Shown here one piece after another: positions 54,200-63,082 of a stretch of 63,298 nt of DNA. A program made the translations under genes and the position numbers. The stretch covers positions 1 through 63,298 of the forward strand of contig JBDTYT010000002.1 in NCBI GenBank assembly GCA_040005555.1, written 5' to 3'. The notes beneath the pieces were generated by a model. The model was not told the origin of the DNA. It did no database searches and was given only the letters and a program-made list of their open reading frames with translations. Position 1 is the first letter of the stretch; each line of letters starts with the position of its first letter. The stretch comes from Actinomycetota bacterium (GTDB taxonomy: Bacteria > Actinomycetota > UBA4738 > HRBIN12).

Positions 54200-55518
54200 G
54201 CGGCTCGACCCCCTGGGACGGGCGCGAAGACTTCCGGCGATACCGAGATCCCACGCTCCTGCAGGCGGTCGAGGAACCGCGGCCGAAGACCGGTGGCTTT
54301 CAGATTGCCGAGGAACCGGCCTTCCTCGTCCACACCGGCGCTGTAGTCGAACAAGAACAGGTCCTGGAGGGTGATCACGTCGCCCTCCATGCCGATGACC
54401 TCGGTCACGTGGGTGATCCGGCGGCTGCCGTCCTTCATGCGGGATTGATGGACGATCAGGTTCAATGCCGACGACACCTGCTCGCGGATCGTCCGAACGC
54501 CGAGGTCCATCCCCGCCATGAGCGTCATCGTCTCCAGCCGCGAGAGAGAGTCTCGCGGTGAGTTGGAGTGCACGGTCGAGATCGACCCGTCGTGACCGGT
54601 GTTCATGGCCTGCATCATGTCGAGCGCCTCGCCGCCGCGGACCTCGCCGACGACGATGCGATCGGGCCGCATGCGCAAGGCGTTGCGGACCAGGTCGCGG
54701 ATCGTGACCTCGCCCTTGCCCTCGATGTTCGGCGGGCGGTACTCCAGGCGCACGACGTGCGGCTGCTGGAGCCGGAGCTCGGCGGCGTCCTCGATCGTGA
54801 TGATCCGCTCGTCGTCGGGCAGGAACGACGACAGCACGTTCAGCGTCGTCGTCTTCCCCGCACCCGTCCCTCCGGACACGAGCATGTTCAGGCGCCCACG
54901 GACGCACGCGTCGAGCAGGTCGACGACCTGGCGGGTGAGCGTTCCGAACGAGATGAGGTCGTCGGCCTGGTACGGGTCGGCCGAGAACTTGCGGATGGTG
55001 AGCGCCGGTCCGTCGATCGACAGCGGAGGGATGACGGCGTTCACACGCGAACCGTCGGGCAGACGCGCGTCGACGTACGGAGAGGACTCGTCGATACGGC
55101 GGCCCACCTTGCCGACGATCTTGTCGATCGTTCGGCGCAGCTGCGAGTCGTCGTGGAACTTCGAGCCCGTCCAGTACAGCTTGCCGGCGCGCTCCACGTA
55201 CACCGAGTCCCAGCCGTTCACCATGATCTCGGTGACGTCGGGGTCGCGCACGAACGGCTCGAGCGGCCCGAGACCGAGCACGCTGTCGCCGATCTGCCGC
55301 ACGATGAGCAGCTTCTCCTGTGCGGACAGGCCCGGCTCCTCCTCGTCCAGCAGCTCACGCAGGCGCTGGTGGACGAGGCCCTCGAGCTCGGTGTCCGAGA
55401 GCGTCGCATCGTACAAACGTGGTCCGAGCACCTCGACGAGGCGCTCTTGGACCCGGATCCGGATCTCGGCGATCCGGTCCCGCTGCTGTGCCTTGGCGAG
55501 TCGGTCTGCGAGTGACAT
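54196..55518 (-). CDS. tadA: CpaF/TadA family secretion ATPase
   Basis: Walker [11 protein letters not shown], Asp box [12 protein letters not shown], Walker B/His box [22 protein letters not shown]. Confidence 0.95.
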   Translation of the reverse strand: MSLADRLAKAQQRDRIAEIRIRVQERLVEVLGPRLYDATLSDTELEGLVHQRLRELLDEEEPGLSAQEKLLIVRQIGDSVLGLGPLEPFVRDPDVTEIMVNGWDSVYVERAGKLYWTGSKFHDDSQLRRTIDKIVGKVGRRIDESSPYVDARLPDGSRVNAVIPPLSIDGPALTIRKFSADPYQADDLISFGTLTRQVVDLLDACVRGRLNMLVSGGTGAGKTTTLNVLSSFLPDDERIITIEDAAELRLQQPHVVRLEYRPPNIEGKGEVTIRDLVRNALRMRPDRIVVGEVRGGEALDMMQAMNTGHDGSISTVHSNSPRDSLSRLETMTLMAGMDLGVRTIREQVSSALNLIVHQSRMKDGSRRITHVTEVIGMEGDVITLQDLFLFDYSAGVDEEGRFLGNLKATGLRPRFLDRLQERGISVSPEVFAPVPGGRAA

Positions 55519-55528
55519 CGATTGCCTC

Positions 55529-56752
55529 CTATGGACGACGCCGGAACAGGCCGCGGCGCTTGGATGCGGGGGAAGGTGCCTGCGCGGCGACGGCGCCTTC
55601 TGCCGTATTCGATTTCCCGGTGAAGCGCAGCGCCAAGGTCCTGATGCTGGCGGACACCTCGGAGTTCGGATCTTCCAGGTACACCGGCCGGCCCTTGTTG
55701 AGCGACATCGGGACCAACCGGCTGGACGGGATCATCGTGTCGACCTGGATCTTCATCACGCGCTCGACATCGCCCGAATCCAGACCGACCTTGCTGTCGG
55801 CTCGGTTCAAGACGATGCGGAAGCGATCGCGGGGGAGCCCGATCGTGAGCAGCGTTTCGAGCGCCTTCGACAGGTGCTTCACGCCGACGACGTCGAGACC
55901 CGTCACCAGACAGATCGCGTCCGAGAGATCGAAGCACGCGAGCGCGAGATCCGTGTAGTCGGCCGACGCGTCGACGACCACGTACGCGAAGTTGTTCCGC
56001 AGCGTCCGCAGGTACTTGCCCACGGCCTCCCCGGCGGGGGGCTGCATGGCCGGGTCGGGGACCGCACCGAACCCCCAGAGGTGGTCGCCGAACTTCGAGG
56101 CGTTCGCGAACACGGTCTCGCGGTCGGCGCCCTCGCCGAGAGCGATGAGATCCATCACCTGTTTCTGCGGCTCGGTTCCGAAGTACGAGAACACGTCGCC
56201 CATGTCGACGTCGAGATCGACCACCGCCGTCTCCTCGCCCGACAGCTCCGAGATCGCCGTGGCGAGGTTGGTGGTCAGGAAGGTCTTGCCCGTGCCTCCC
56301 TTGGAGGAGAACACGGAGATGACCATGCCCCGGCTCGACGGCTTCTCGGCCATCGCCCCGCGGAGCGACCGCAGGTTGTCCGCCCACGTGATCGCGCGCT
56401 CGACGGCGTCGCGCAGCTCCTCGCTCCCTTGGGTGAGGTCGACGACGTCGCGGATGCCGGCGCGCATCGCGGCGGGGAGCAGCCCGTTCCACGATTTATC
56501 GCGCACCATCACGATCGCCGTCATCGGCGCGGCCCGCCCGACGAACTCGGCCAGGCCGAGTGCGTCGGGCTCCTTGATCTCCGGCGACAGGACGAGCACG
56601 TCGATCGGATCGTCGCTCTCGACGAGCACCTCTTCAGCGGCGGTCACCGATTGCACCCAGCCGACGTCGTCAGGCTCCACCTCCAGCGCCCGGGCCAACG
56701 TGGCCCGGAACGTCTGAGGCGTTCCGACGGCGAGGACCTGCTGTGCCGTCAC
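55529..56752 (-). CDS. TadZ/CpaE-like protein (receiver-like N domain + MinD/ParA-type ATPase)
   Basis: GTG 56752 overlaps the cpaB TGA. Deviant Walker A: [17 protein letters not shown]. Confidence 0.8.
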   Translation of the reverse strand: MTAQQVLAVGTPQTFRATLARALEVEPDDVGWVQSVTAAEEVLVESDDPIDVLVLSPEIKEPDALGLAEFVGRAAPMTAIVMVRDKSWNGLLPAAMRAGIRDVVDLTQGSEELRDAVERAITWADNLRSLRGAMAEKPSSRGMVISVFSSKGGTGKTFLTTNLATAISELSGEETAVVDLDVDMGDVFSYFGTEPQKQVMDLIALGEGADRETVFANASKFGDHLWGFGAVPDPAMQPPAGEAVGKYLRTLRNNFAYVVVDASADYTDLALACFDLSDAICLVTGLDVVGVKHLSKALETLLTIGLPRDRFRIVLNRADSKVGLDSGDVERVMKIQVDTMIPSSRLVPMSLNKGRPVYLEDPNSEVSASIRTLALRFTGKSNTAEGAVAAQAPSPASKRRGLFRRRP

Positions 56753-57546
56753 TTGCCCTTCTTCGCTCCTGCGACGATGCCCTGCACCGTCAGCGGCGGC
56801 AGATCGACGCCCTTGCCGTCCGGCGGCAGCAGCGATAGCCAGACCGTGCCCTGCTCGAGCGCGAAGACGAACTTCTGAGCGTCCTCCGGCTTGAGGCCTA
56901 ACGCGACCGTGATGCTCCCGGTCGTGTCGGCGCTCACGCTGCCGGACACGCCGCCCGCCTGCTGCGGCACGGCAACACGAAGGACCTGTACCTGCGGCAC
57001 GAGCACCACGGTCGCCGAGGTGGTCTGCTGTTGCTGCTGCCCGGTGATCGAGCTCGTCTGCTGCTGCGCCTTCTTCTGCTTCACCGGCACGTTGTCGAAG
57101 GTGGCGTAGATGGTGACGAAGTCGCCGCCCGACATCGCACCTGCCACGGCCCGTGGGCCGTCGAGCGCCACGACGATGGCCTCGAGGCCGTCGGGGATGC
57201 CGAGCACGCCGCCCGTCACCTTGCCGCCCTCGACGCGCGAGAGCGGGATCTGCTCCCCGGCGAGGATCGGAACGCTGTTGCGACGGTTACGTAGGTCGGA
57301 GACCTGCTGGATCGCACCCTTGACGAGGTCGCCGGTGGGCACGTTCTTCAGCTCGAACTGTCCCTCGTTGATCAACTGGTTCAGATCGCTGTTCGCTGCG
57401 ATGTCGACCTTGGACACCACGACCCCGGTGAGCGCCCCACCGCTGGTGGCGTCCTCCTTCACCGAGCGCGTGTACAGGAACAGCCCGACGACCGCGAGCG
57501 TCGCCAGGATCACCGCAAGTACTACGACCAGCCCTCGTGACCTCAT
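56749..57546 (-). CDS. cpaB: Flp pilus assembly protein CpaB (SAF domain)
   Basis: N-terminal [25 protein letters not shown]-like region: [14 protein letters not shown]...[12 protein letters not shown]. Gln/Thr-rich insert: [20 protein letters not shown]. Confidence 0.85.
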   Translation of the reverse strand: MRSRGLVVVLAVILATLAVVGLFLYTRSVKEDATSGGALTGVVVSKVDIAANSDLNQLINEGQFELKNVPTGDLVKGAIQQVSDLRNRRNSVPILAGEQIPLSRVEGGKVTGGVLGIPDGLEAIVVALDGPRAVAGAMSGGDFVTIYATFDNVPVKQKKAQQQTSSITGQQQQQTTSATVVLVPQVQVLRVAVPQQAGGVSGSVSADTTGSITVALGLKPEDAQKFVFALEQGTVWLSLLPPDGKGVDLPPLTVQGIVAGAKKGK

Positions 57547-57607
57547 CTGTTACCCCCCTTAAAGCCGAGTCGTCCGTTGATGAACATGTCTTGTGGCTCG
57601 ATCCGTC

Positions 57608-58609
57608 CTATCTGACCAATCGCACCGCCCGGAGGCCGAAATCCGCTCCCGTCCCTGGGATCCCTTCGCCGGTCGTCGGGCCATTCCACTGCGCGTGGAT
57701 GATCACCGTGCTTCCGGACTTCTCCACCCCACCGATCGGGACGAACAGCTGGATGAACCCGATCACGTCCGCGGTGTCGAGCTGGCAACCCGCATCGGCA
57801 CCGCTACAACCTTGCCCGGTGGAGTTCGGAACGTCGATCACCGGGAAGGTCAACGTCTTGCCCTCGATCGTCTCCCACACGGCATCGGACAGGCCGTTAT
57901 CGAGACAGTCGTACGTTGCCGTCGGGTAGTTGAGCGGCAACAGATCCTTCCACCCGAAGCTCTCGATGAGTGCCTTCAGCGTCGCCGCATCGACATGGCA
58001 GGGCGCTGCGCTCGGGTCGTTCCAGTGCGAGAGATCGAGCACGCCCCAGCGGGGCTCCTGCAGCAGGTCCTTCGGGTAGGAGAGGTCGCAGTCGACGTGC
58101 TGACCCGGCGGCGGGATCGTCTGCGGGATGCTGCAGCCCACCAGCGTCGCGTTGTTGACGGTGATCGGGACCGGCTTCGCGAAGCCCACGGGTCCCCACT
58201 GCGCCGTGGCGGTCGTCTGCACGGGTCCCGAGTCGAGGCCGAAGATCTGGGCGAAGAAGTAATCGACCGTCACCGTGGAGTTCACCGTCAACAGCTTGGG
58301 CGCCACCCCGACCGGGGTCCGACAGTCCTCGAGCCCCTGGATCGACTGCAGCGTTGCGTCGCCGTCGTTCTGCGAGATGAGGGACGTCGCGGCTGCCGAG
58401 GCCACCCCGGGCGTCTTGGCCTCGTTCCCCAGCGCGCACTGCTGGGCGGCGGCGAGCACCGCGGCGTCGGAGGCGTTCACCATGTCACGCCGGATCGCGA
58501 CCACGCGCCCGAGATCGAACACCAAGACCAGCATGCCCACCAGCGCCAGCAAGAGCAGGGCGATGATCATCAGGACGGCGCCTCGCTCCTCGTCTCGGAG
58601 GCGGTGCAT
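57608..58609 (-). CDS. TadG-like (Tad_N/pilus-assembly) protein with large Cys-rich extracellular domain
   Basis: ATG 58609. RDEERGAVLMIIALLLLALVGMLVLVFDLGRVVAIRRDMVNASDAAVLAAA is typical of the TadG N-terminus. The remainder contains at least 9 Cys. Confidence 0.65.
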   Translation of the reverse strand: MHRLRDEERGAVLMIIALLLLALVGMLVLVFDLGRVVAIRRDMVNASDAAVLAAAQQCALGNEAKTPGVASAAATSLISQNDGDATLQSIQGLEDCRTPVGVAPKLLTVNSTVTVDYFFAQIFGLDSGPVQTTATAQWGPVGFAKPVPITVNNATLVGCSIPQTIPPPGQHVDCDLSYPKDLLQEPRWGVLDLSHWNDPSAAPCHVDAATLKALIESFGWKDLLPLNYPTATYDCLDNGLSDAVWETIEGKTLTFPVIDVPNSTGQGCSGADAGCQLDTADVIGFIQLFVPIGGVEKSGSTVIIHAQWNGPTTGEGIPGTGADFGLRAVRLVR

Positions 58610-58617
58610 CGCCGGGC

Positions 58618-59037
58618 TCACTCGCACCGGAACACCCCCGCGACGGTTGCGTCGATCGTCACGTTGTTCCAGAAGGGGATGTCGACCGTGAGCGGCTGGA
58701 CCCACGAGACCTTGACGTCTTGGCCGCGCGTGAGTGCGGTACAGCCCGTCGGCGCCGGGGCGCCGTTGATCGTCACGCTAGCGTTCGTGGCGGGCGTGTA
58801 CGCGCCCGCGGAGGAGTTGATGCTTCCCTGGATGTCGCAGGTGCTGAAGCCGGCGGCCTTGACCGCCGCGCAGCGCGCGCCTTCGCGCGCCGCACCCTGG
58901 AAGACCTGCAGCTGGCTCCACACGCGACCGAACTCCAGCGTCCCGACCAGGATCAGCAGGAGCACGGGCATGATGAGGGCGAACTCGACGGCAACAGCCC
59001 CTCGCTGATGCCGCAGGTGCCGCCTCGTCTTCGTCAT
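58618..59037 (-). CDS. TadE family pseudopilin-like protein
   Basis: RGAVAVEFALIMPVLLLILVGTLEFGR (TadE-like N-terminus). Confidence 0.8.
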   Translation of the reverse strand: MTKTRRHLRHQRGAVAVEFALIMPVLLLILVGTLEFGRVWSQLQVFQGAAREGARCAAVKAAGFSTCDIQGSINSSAGAYTPATNASVTINGAPAPTGCTALTRGQDVKVSWVQPLTVDIPFWNNVTIDATVAGVFRCE

Positions 59038-59084
59038 CTCGATCGATTCCCTCCACGTGCCCGGATGGCGCGATTCGTCAGCCC

Positions 59085-59127
59085 CTCACTCCCCTCCCGG
59101 TGGGAGTGAGCGGCCGACGAGGCCGCT
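59085..59127 (-). terminator. Two adjacent hairpins between flp and tadE (possible attenuator or transcript-stabilising structure)
   Basis: ctcactccc (59085-59093) pairs with gggagtgag (59102-59110). agcggcc (59109-59115) pairs with ggccgct (59121-59127). There is no obvious U-tract. Confidence 0.35.
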
Positions 59128-59152
59128 CTCACATCTACTTGTCCGAGCCGAA

Positions 59153-59362
59153 CTAGGAACCAGCCCCGCTCAGCGAGTCCTTGCCTCGAGTGAACACGCC
59201 GGAAATGGCGACACCGAGGGCCGTCGCCGCAGCGACGATCGCGATCGCGATGAGCACCAGCAGCAGGCCGTACTCCGTCGCTACAGCTCCGTCCTCGTTC
59301 GTGATCTTGTCGCGAGCGCCCCAAAGGAGGGTCTTCGCCTTCACGTACAGGTGGAGAAGCAT
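59153..59362 (-). CDS. flp: Flp family type IVb pilin
   Basis: Strong RBS GGGAGGTG. The leader ends ...NEDG, then AVATEYGLLLVLIAIAIVAAATALG (Flp motif with E-Y). Confidence 0.85.
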   Translation of the reverse strand: MLLHLYVKAKTLLWGARDKITNEDGAVATEYGLLLVLIAIAIVAAATALGVAISGVFTRGKDSLSGAGS

Positions 59363-59534
59363 CCATTCACCTCCCTTCGCTCACGTCGGCGCCGCACAGA
59401 ACCGGTGCCGTACGTGAACTACCGTACGGAGTCGACGACCCGCTTGGTATTCCGATTTCCACGGCGTCTGGATACGTCGTTCTACGTATGCCGTGCCTGG
59501 TCGTTCGCTTCCCCAGCGACTTTAGGATTACCCG

Positions 59535-60998
59535 GTGGGAGGGCCAAAGCAAGCACAACCGAGCACGACCTTGCCGCCGGGAACGGCGTTCGGAGGGTTG
59601 GCACTTTCCCAGGTCTGGGTTTGGGTCGCCATCCTGATCCCGACGGGAGTGCTGGCCGCCTTCCCGCTCGTGAGCGTGGACCTCGCGTACGTAGTGCGCG
59701 CGGGGGAATCGATGCTGCGCACAGGCAGCGTGCTGCGCACCGACCGGCTCCTGGTGTGGACGATCGGCGGACCCTGGCTCAACCAGCAATGGGGAGCCGA
59801 GCTGATCGTCGCCGCTGCGTACCGCGTGGGCGGGTGGCTGGGGCTCGCGGTGCTCCGGGGCGCCCTCCAGGCGGGCGTCGTCGGCTTGGTCTTCCTCGGC
59901 TGTCGCGCGGCCGGAGCCGATCGGCGGCGAGCGGCGCTCCTGACCCTGGGTTCGGCTCTCGTGATCTCCACCGGGCTCCAGCTGCGGGCCGAATCGCTGG
60001 GGATCGTGTGCTTCTCGGCGACCGTGTGGCTCCTGCAGACCCGAGCCCATCGGCCCGGTCGAGCCTGGTGGACGGTCGCCGTGGTTGCGCTCTGGGCCAA
60101 CGTCCACGGGAGTTTCGTCCTCGGACCGCTCCTCATCGCCCTCGCGTGTCTGGAGGACGCGACGTCGCGCAGGGGCAGCGCACGCTCGACGCCGGCCCTT
60201 GGGGTCGCGGCCACGCTCGCCACCGTGGCCACCCCGTTCGGGTTCGGCGTCTGGACCTACGTGCGCGATGTCGCCACCGATCCCCTCATCAGCGGGTTCG
60301 TGCAGGAGTGGCAGCGACCGACGCTCGGAACCCTCACGGGCGTCCTGTTCTTCTGCTCGGTCGCGGTCGTCGTCGTGTTCCTGGTTGTGAACCGCGGGAA
60401 GGTGCCCTGGCAGACGTGGGTCCGGCTGGCGGTGTTTCTCCTCATCGGGCTTACCTCCCTGCGCTCGACGGTGTGGTGGGGGGTGGTCGTGCCGGTCGAG
60501 ATCGCCCGTTTGCTGCACGGAACCGAGCGCGACCGACCGGACCCCGTGTCCCGGCTGAACACCGCGGTCGTGGCCGTGGTTGCGCTCGTCGCCGCCGCCG
60601 GCTTCGTACGCTGGCTGCCGTACACCGGGCCCGATGAGCCGGGGCGGCTCCTCACGCACGCTCCGGCGGGCGTCACGGCAGCGGCGGCGAACCTGCTCGC
60701 GCCGGGTGAGCCGTTCTTCAACGCGCAGGAGTGGGGCTCGTGGTTCGAGCTCGCGCTCCCGGCGAACCCCGTCACCACCGATTCCCGGTTCGAGCTGATC
60801 CCGGTCGAGCGCTGGGACCAGTACCTCTCGATCTCGGCGGGCCGAACCGGCTGGCAGGGGGTGCTCGATGACTGGGGCGTGCGGGTGGCGGTCGTGAGTC
60901 GTGAGCAACAAGCGCCCTTGATCCCTCAGATGCGCGCGGATCCCGGCTGGCGCCTGGTGTACGAAGACCCCGAGGGACTCGTGTTCGCGAGGAGCTGA
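59535..60998 (+). CDS. Polytopic membrane protein, GT-C-like architecture (multi-TM N part + soluble C-terminal domain); function unknown
   Basis: About 10 hydrophobic segments are followed by FFNAQEWGSWFELALP...WDQYLSISAG...VAVVSREQ...WRLVYEDPEGLVFAR. The start (GTG 59535) is uncertain. Confidence 0.55.
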   Translation: MGGPKQAQPSTTLPPGTAFGGLALSQVWVWVAILIPTGVLAAFPLVSVDLAYVVRAGESMLRTGSVLRTDRLLVWTIGGPWLNQQWGAELIVAAAYRVGGWLGLAVLRGALQAGVVGLVFLGCRAAGADRRRAALLTLGSALVISTGLQLRAESLGIVCFSATVWLLQTRAHRPGRAWWTVAVVALWANVHGSFVLGPLLIALACLEDATSRRGSARSTPALGVAATLATVATPFGFGVWTYVRDVATDPLISGFVQEWQRPTLGTLTGVLFFCSVAVVVVFLVVNRGKVPWQTWVRLAVFLLIGLTSLRSTVWWGVVVPVEIARLLHGTERDRPDPVSRLNTAVVAVVALVAAAGFVRWLPYTGPDEPGRLLTHAPAGVTAAAANLLAPGEPFFNAQEWGSWFELALPANPVTTDSRFELIPVERWDQYLSISAGRTGWQGVLDDWGVRVAVVSREQQAPLIPQMRADPGWRLVYEDPEGLVFARS

Positions 60999-62152
60999 GC
61001 GCTGGGCTCCGTCGGCCCTCGGCGGACGTAGGTCACGAGGATCGCCAGAAGCACCGCGGCGCGCAACGTCACGGCGATCGCGAGCGGCCAAGCGGAGATG
61101 CTCGTTCCCCTGTACTGGTGACCGATCCACGAGAACTCGGTGAGGAACACCGCGGCGTCCGCGATCTCGAAGAGCGCGAAGAGCCGGAAATCCGGCATCA
61201 CGAGGACGAAGAACGGCAACAGCCAGAGCGCGTACTGGGGTGAGTACACCTTGCTCGTAAGCAGGAAGAGCACCACCATCGGGAAGGCGAGGGTCCACGC
61301 GGGCGGCGGCACGGGGCGCCGGAACGTCGCCCGTGCCACGACGAGGACGCCGACCAGGAACGCGATGAGCGACACCACGTTGATCAAGCCGATCGAGAGA
61401 CAGCCGGTGTGCCCGACGAGCGCACACGTCACGTACCACAGCGTCCCCGGCGTGGGGGCTCGAGCCGAGCTGAAGCGGAAGAAGAAGCTCCAGCGGTCCG
61501 GGGCGAGCACGGCGAAGGGGACGTCGACGACGAGCCAGGTGACGACCGCCGCGAGCGCGAGGCGCGCGGCACCCCTCCGGTCGCCCGTCCGCACCCGATC
61601 CAGGCAGAGCGGGACGAGCACCAGCACGGGGTAGACCTTGGCTGCGACGGCCAGACCGAGCAGCGAACCCGCCGTCCCGTCCCGCCGACGGAAGTACGCG
61701 GCCAGTCCAGCCGTCGTGAGCGCCACCGCGAGCAGGTCCCAGTTCAGGAAGGCGTAGAGGGCGAGGCTCGGGGCGAGGGCGAACAACGGCGCTCGCCACC
61801 CAGCCATCCTGAACAGCAGCCACGCCGCCGCGAGACCGAGCAACGCGAGCCCGACCGCGTTGATGAGGAAGAACTCCCCCTCGCCGCGGGCGGGGAGCGA
61901 TGCCAGCCACATGAACATCGCGGTCACGACCGGGTACTCGTTCCGGGCTTCCAGGTACGGCATCTTGCGGTCGGCCAGACCCTCGGCGCGGTAGAGCGGC
62001 ACGATGTCCGTATAGCAGGAGTCGCGTTGCACGCGCTGGTCGAAGTCGGTGCGCACGCACAGCGACGTGTGCGCGAACCCGAGGAAGAGGGTGACGAGCG
62101 TGGCGACCAGGACGAGCGCGAGCCCCGCCCTCGGCAGGCGCTCGGCGCTCAC
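60926..62152 (-). CDS. Glycosyltransferase family 87 / DUF2029-like integral membrane protein
   Basis: GTG 62152. Sequence: CYTDIVPLYRAEGL...PYLEARNEYPVVTAMFMW...AVAAKVYPVLVLVP. The protein is polytopic. Confidence 0.7.
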   Translation of the reverse strand: MSAERLPRAGLALVLVATLVTLFLGFAHTSLCVRTDFDQRVQRDSCYTDIVPLYRAEGLADRKMPYLEARNEYPVVTAMFMWLASLPARGEGEFFLINAVGLALLGLAAAWLLFRMAGWRAPLFALAPSLALYAFLNWDLLAVALTTAGLAAYFRRRDGTAGSLLGLAVAAKVYPVLVLVPLCLDRVRTGDRRGAARLALAAVVTWLVVDVPFAVLAPDRWSFFFRFSSARAPTPGTLWYVTCALVGHTGCLSIGLINVVSLIAFLVGVLVVARATFRRPVPPPAWTLAFPMVVLFLLTSKVYSPQYALWLLPFFVLVMPDFRLFALFEIADAAVFLTEFSWIGHQYRGTSISAWPLAIAVTLRAAVLLAILVTYVRRGPTEPSAQLLANTSPSGSSYTRRQPGSARI

Positions 62153-62161
62153 GGTCCGGAG

Positions 62162-62875
62162 CTACTCCGGCGAGCCGACGGAGACGAGGCCGGAGATGGC
62201 CGCGGCCCGAAGCGCGCCCACGCGTGTGCCCACGCCGAGCTTGCCGTAGATCCGCCCGAGGTGCGTCGTCACGGTGCGCTCGCGTAGGCCGAGGCGGTCG
62301 GCGATCTGCCGCGCCGTCAGGCCCTCGGCGGCGACCGTCAACACCTCCACCTCACGGGACGTGAGCTTGGCCTCGACCTGACGCCGAATGTCGATCCCGG
62401 CCGCGATGGGGCGCACCCACTCGGTCGGAGGCCCGGCGAGCACCATCTCGCCGTCCGCGGCGGCGTGGAGCGCCAGCAGGAACTCGAGTGGGTCGACGTT
62501 CTTGTCGACGAACCCGTCTGCGCCCATGAACAGCGCGCGCGAGATCGCCATCGGATCGGCTCGGGCGCCGCAGCCCAAGATCGCGAGCGCGGGGAAGCGC
62601 TCGCGGACGGTTCGGATCAGCCAGAAGGCATCGTGCTCGCCGTCGAGCCCGAGACCGATGAGCGCAACCACGCGGCTGCGCCGGATGCGGTTGATGGCCA
62701 AGAGGGCCTCGTCGGCCGTCCCGGCCTCGGCCAGCACCTCCATGTCCGGACGGTCCTCGATGAGCATCCCGAGGCCGGCGCGCACGACCGGCAACGGGTC
62801 CACGAGCACGATCCCGAGGCGCCGCTTCGGCGTCCGGTGGATGCTCGAGCGCTCGGATCCCGGTCTGACAGCCAT
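62162..62875 (-). CDS. LuxR/NarL-family response regulator with atypical receiver (phospho-acceptor Asp position reads Gly)
   Basis: ATG 62875. Receiver-like region: IVLVDPLPVVRAGL...VVALIGLGLDGE...GFVDKN. LuxR HTH: LTSREVEVLTVAAEGLTARQIADRLGLRERTVTTHLGRIYGKLGV. Confidence 0.85.
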   Translation of the reverse strand: MAVRPGSERSSIHRTPKRRLGIVLVDPLPVVRAGLGMLIEDRPDMEVLAEAGTADEALLAINRIRRSRVVALIGLGLDGEHDAFWLIRTVRERFPALAILGCGARADPMAISRALFMGADGFVDKNVDPLEFLLALHAAADGEMVLAGPPTEWVRPIAAGIDIRRQVEAKLTSREVEVLTVAAEGLTARQIADRLGLRERTVTTHLGRIYGKLGVGTRVGALRAAAISGLVSVGSPE

Positions 62876-62933
62876 CTCTATGCCCCTTACCGTATGGAAC
62901 GAACGGGGCGCCACGGGGGAAGCGCCGTCCGTG

Positions 62934-63060
62934 CCTGCCCCCTCAATATCGGACGCCCCGGGTCCTGCCTGTACCCTCGATATCGGAGACGTCAGGGCCC
63001 GCCTGTAGCAGCGATTTCGGGGATGCCGGGGCCTCCCGTAGCCTCGGTTTCGGCCGCTCG
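62934..63060. repeat. Four imperfect tandem repeats, period 33-34 bp, in the gap between two LuxR-family genes
   Basis: The core (A/G)(A/G)T(A/T)TCGG occurs at 62945, 62979, 63013 and 63046. The flanks CCTG(T/C)..., ...GGG also recur. Example units: cctgtaccctcgatatcggagacgtcagggcccg and cctgtagcagcgatttcggggatgccggggcctc. Confidence 0.7.
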
Positions 63061-63082
63061 TAAATCCCCTGAGCCTGAGGCC

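Noticed and set aside
59367-62060. 897-aa minus-strand ORF covering the GT-C-like gene and part of the GT87 gene
   Set aside because: It has no hydrophobic or domain features. The plus-strand (59535..60998) and the other minus-strand frame (60926..62152) both encode coherent polytopic membrane proteins.
62388-63008. 206-aa plus-strand ORF antisense to the LuxR regulator and extending into the repeat region
   Set aside because: It is a Ser/Ala/Arg-rich shadow ORF, and the minus strand encodes a complete receiver + LuxR HTH protein.
62934-63060. CRISPR array
   Set aside because: The repeats are imperfect and directly abutting with no unique spacers. There are only four units and no cas genes in the window.
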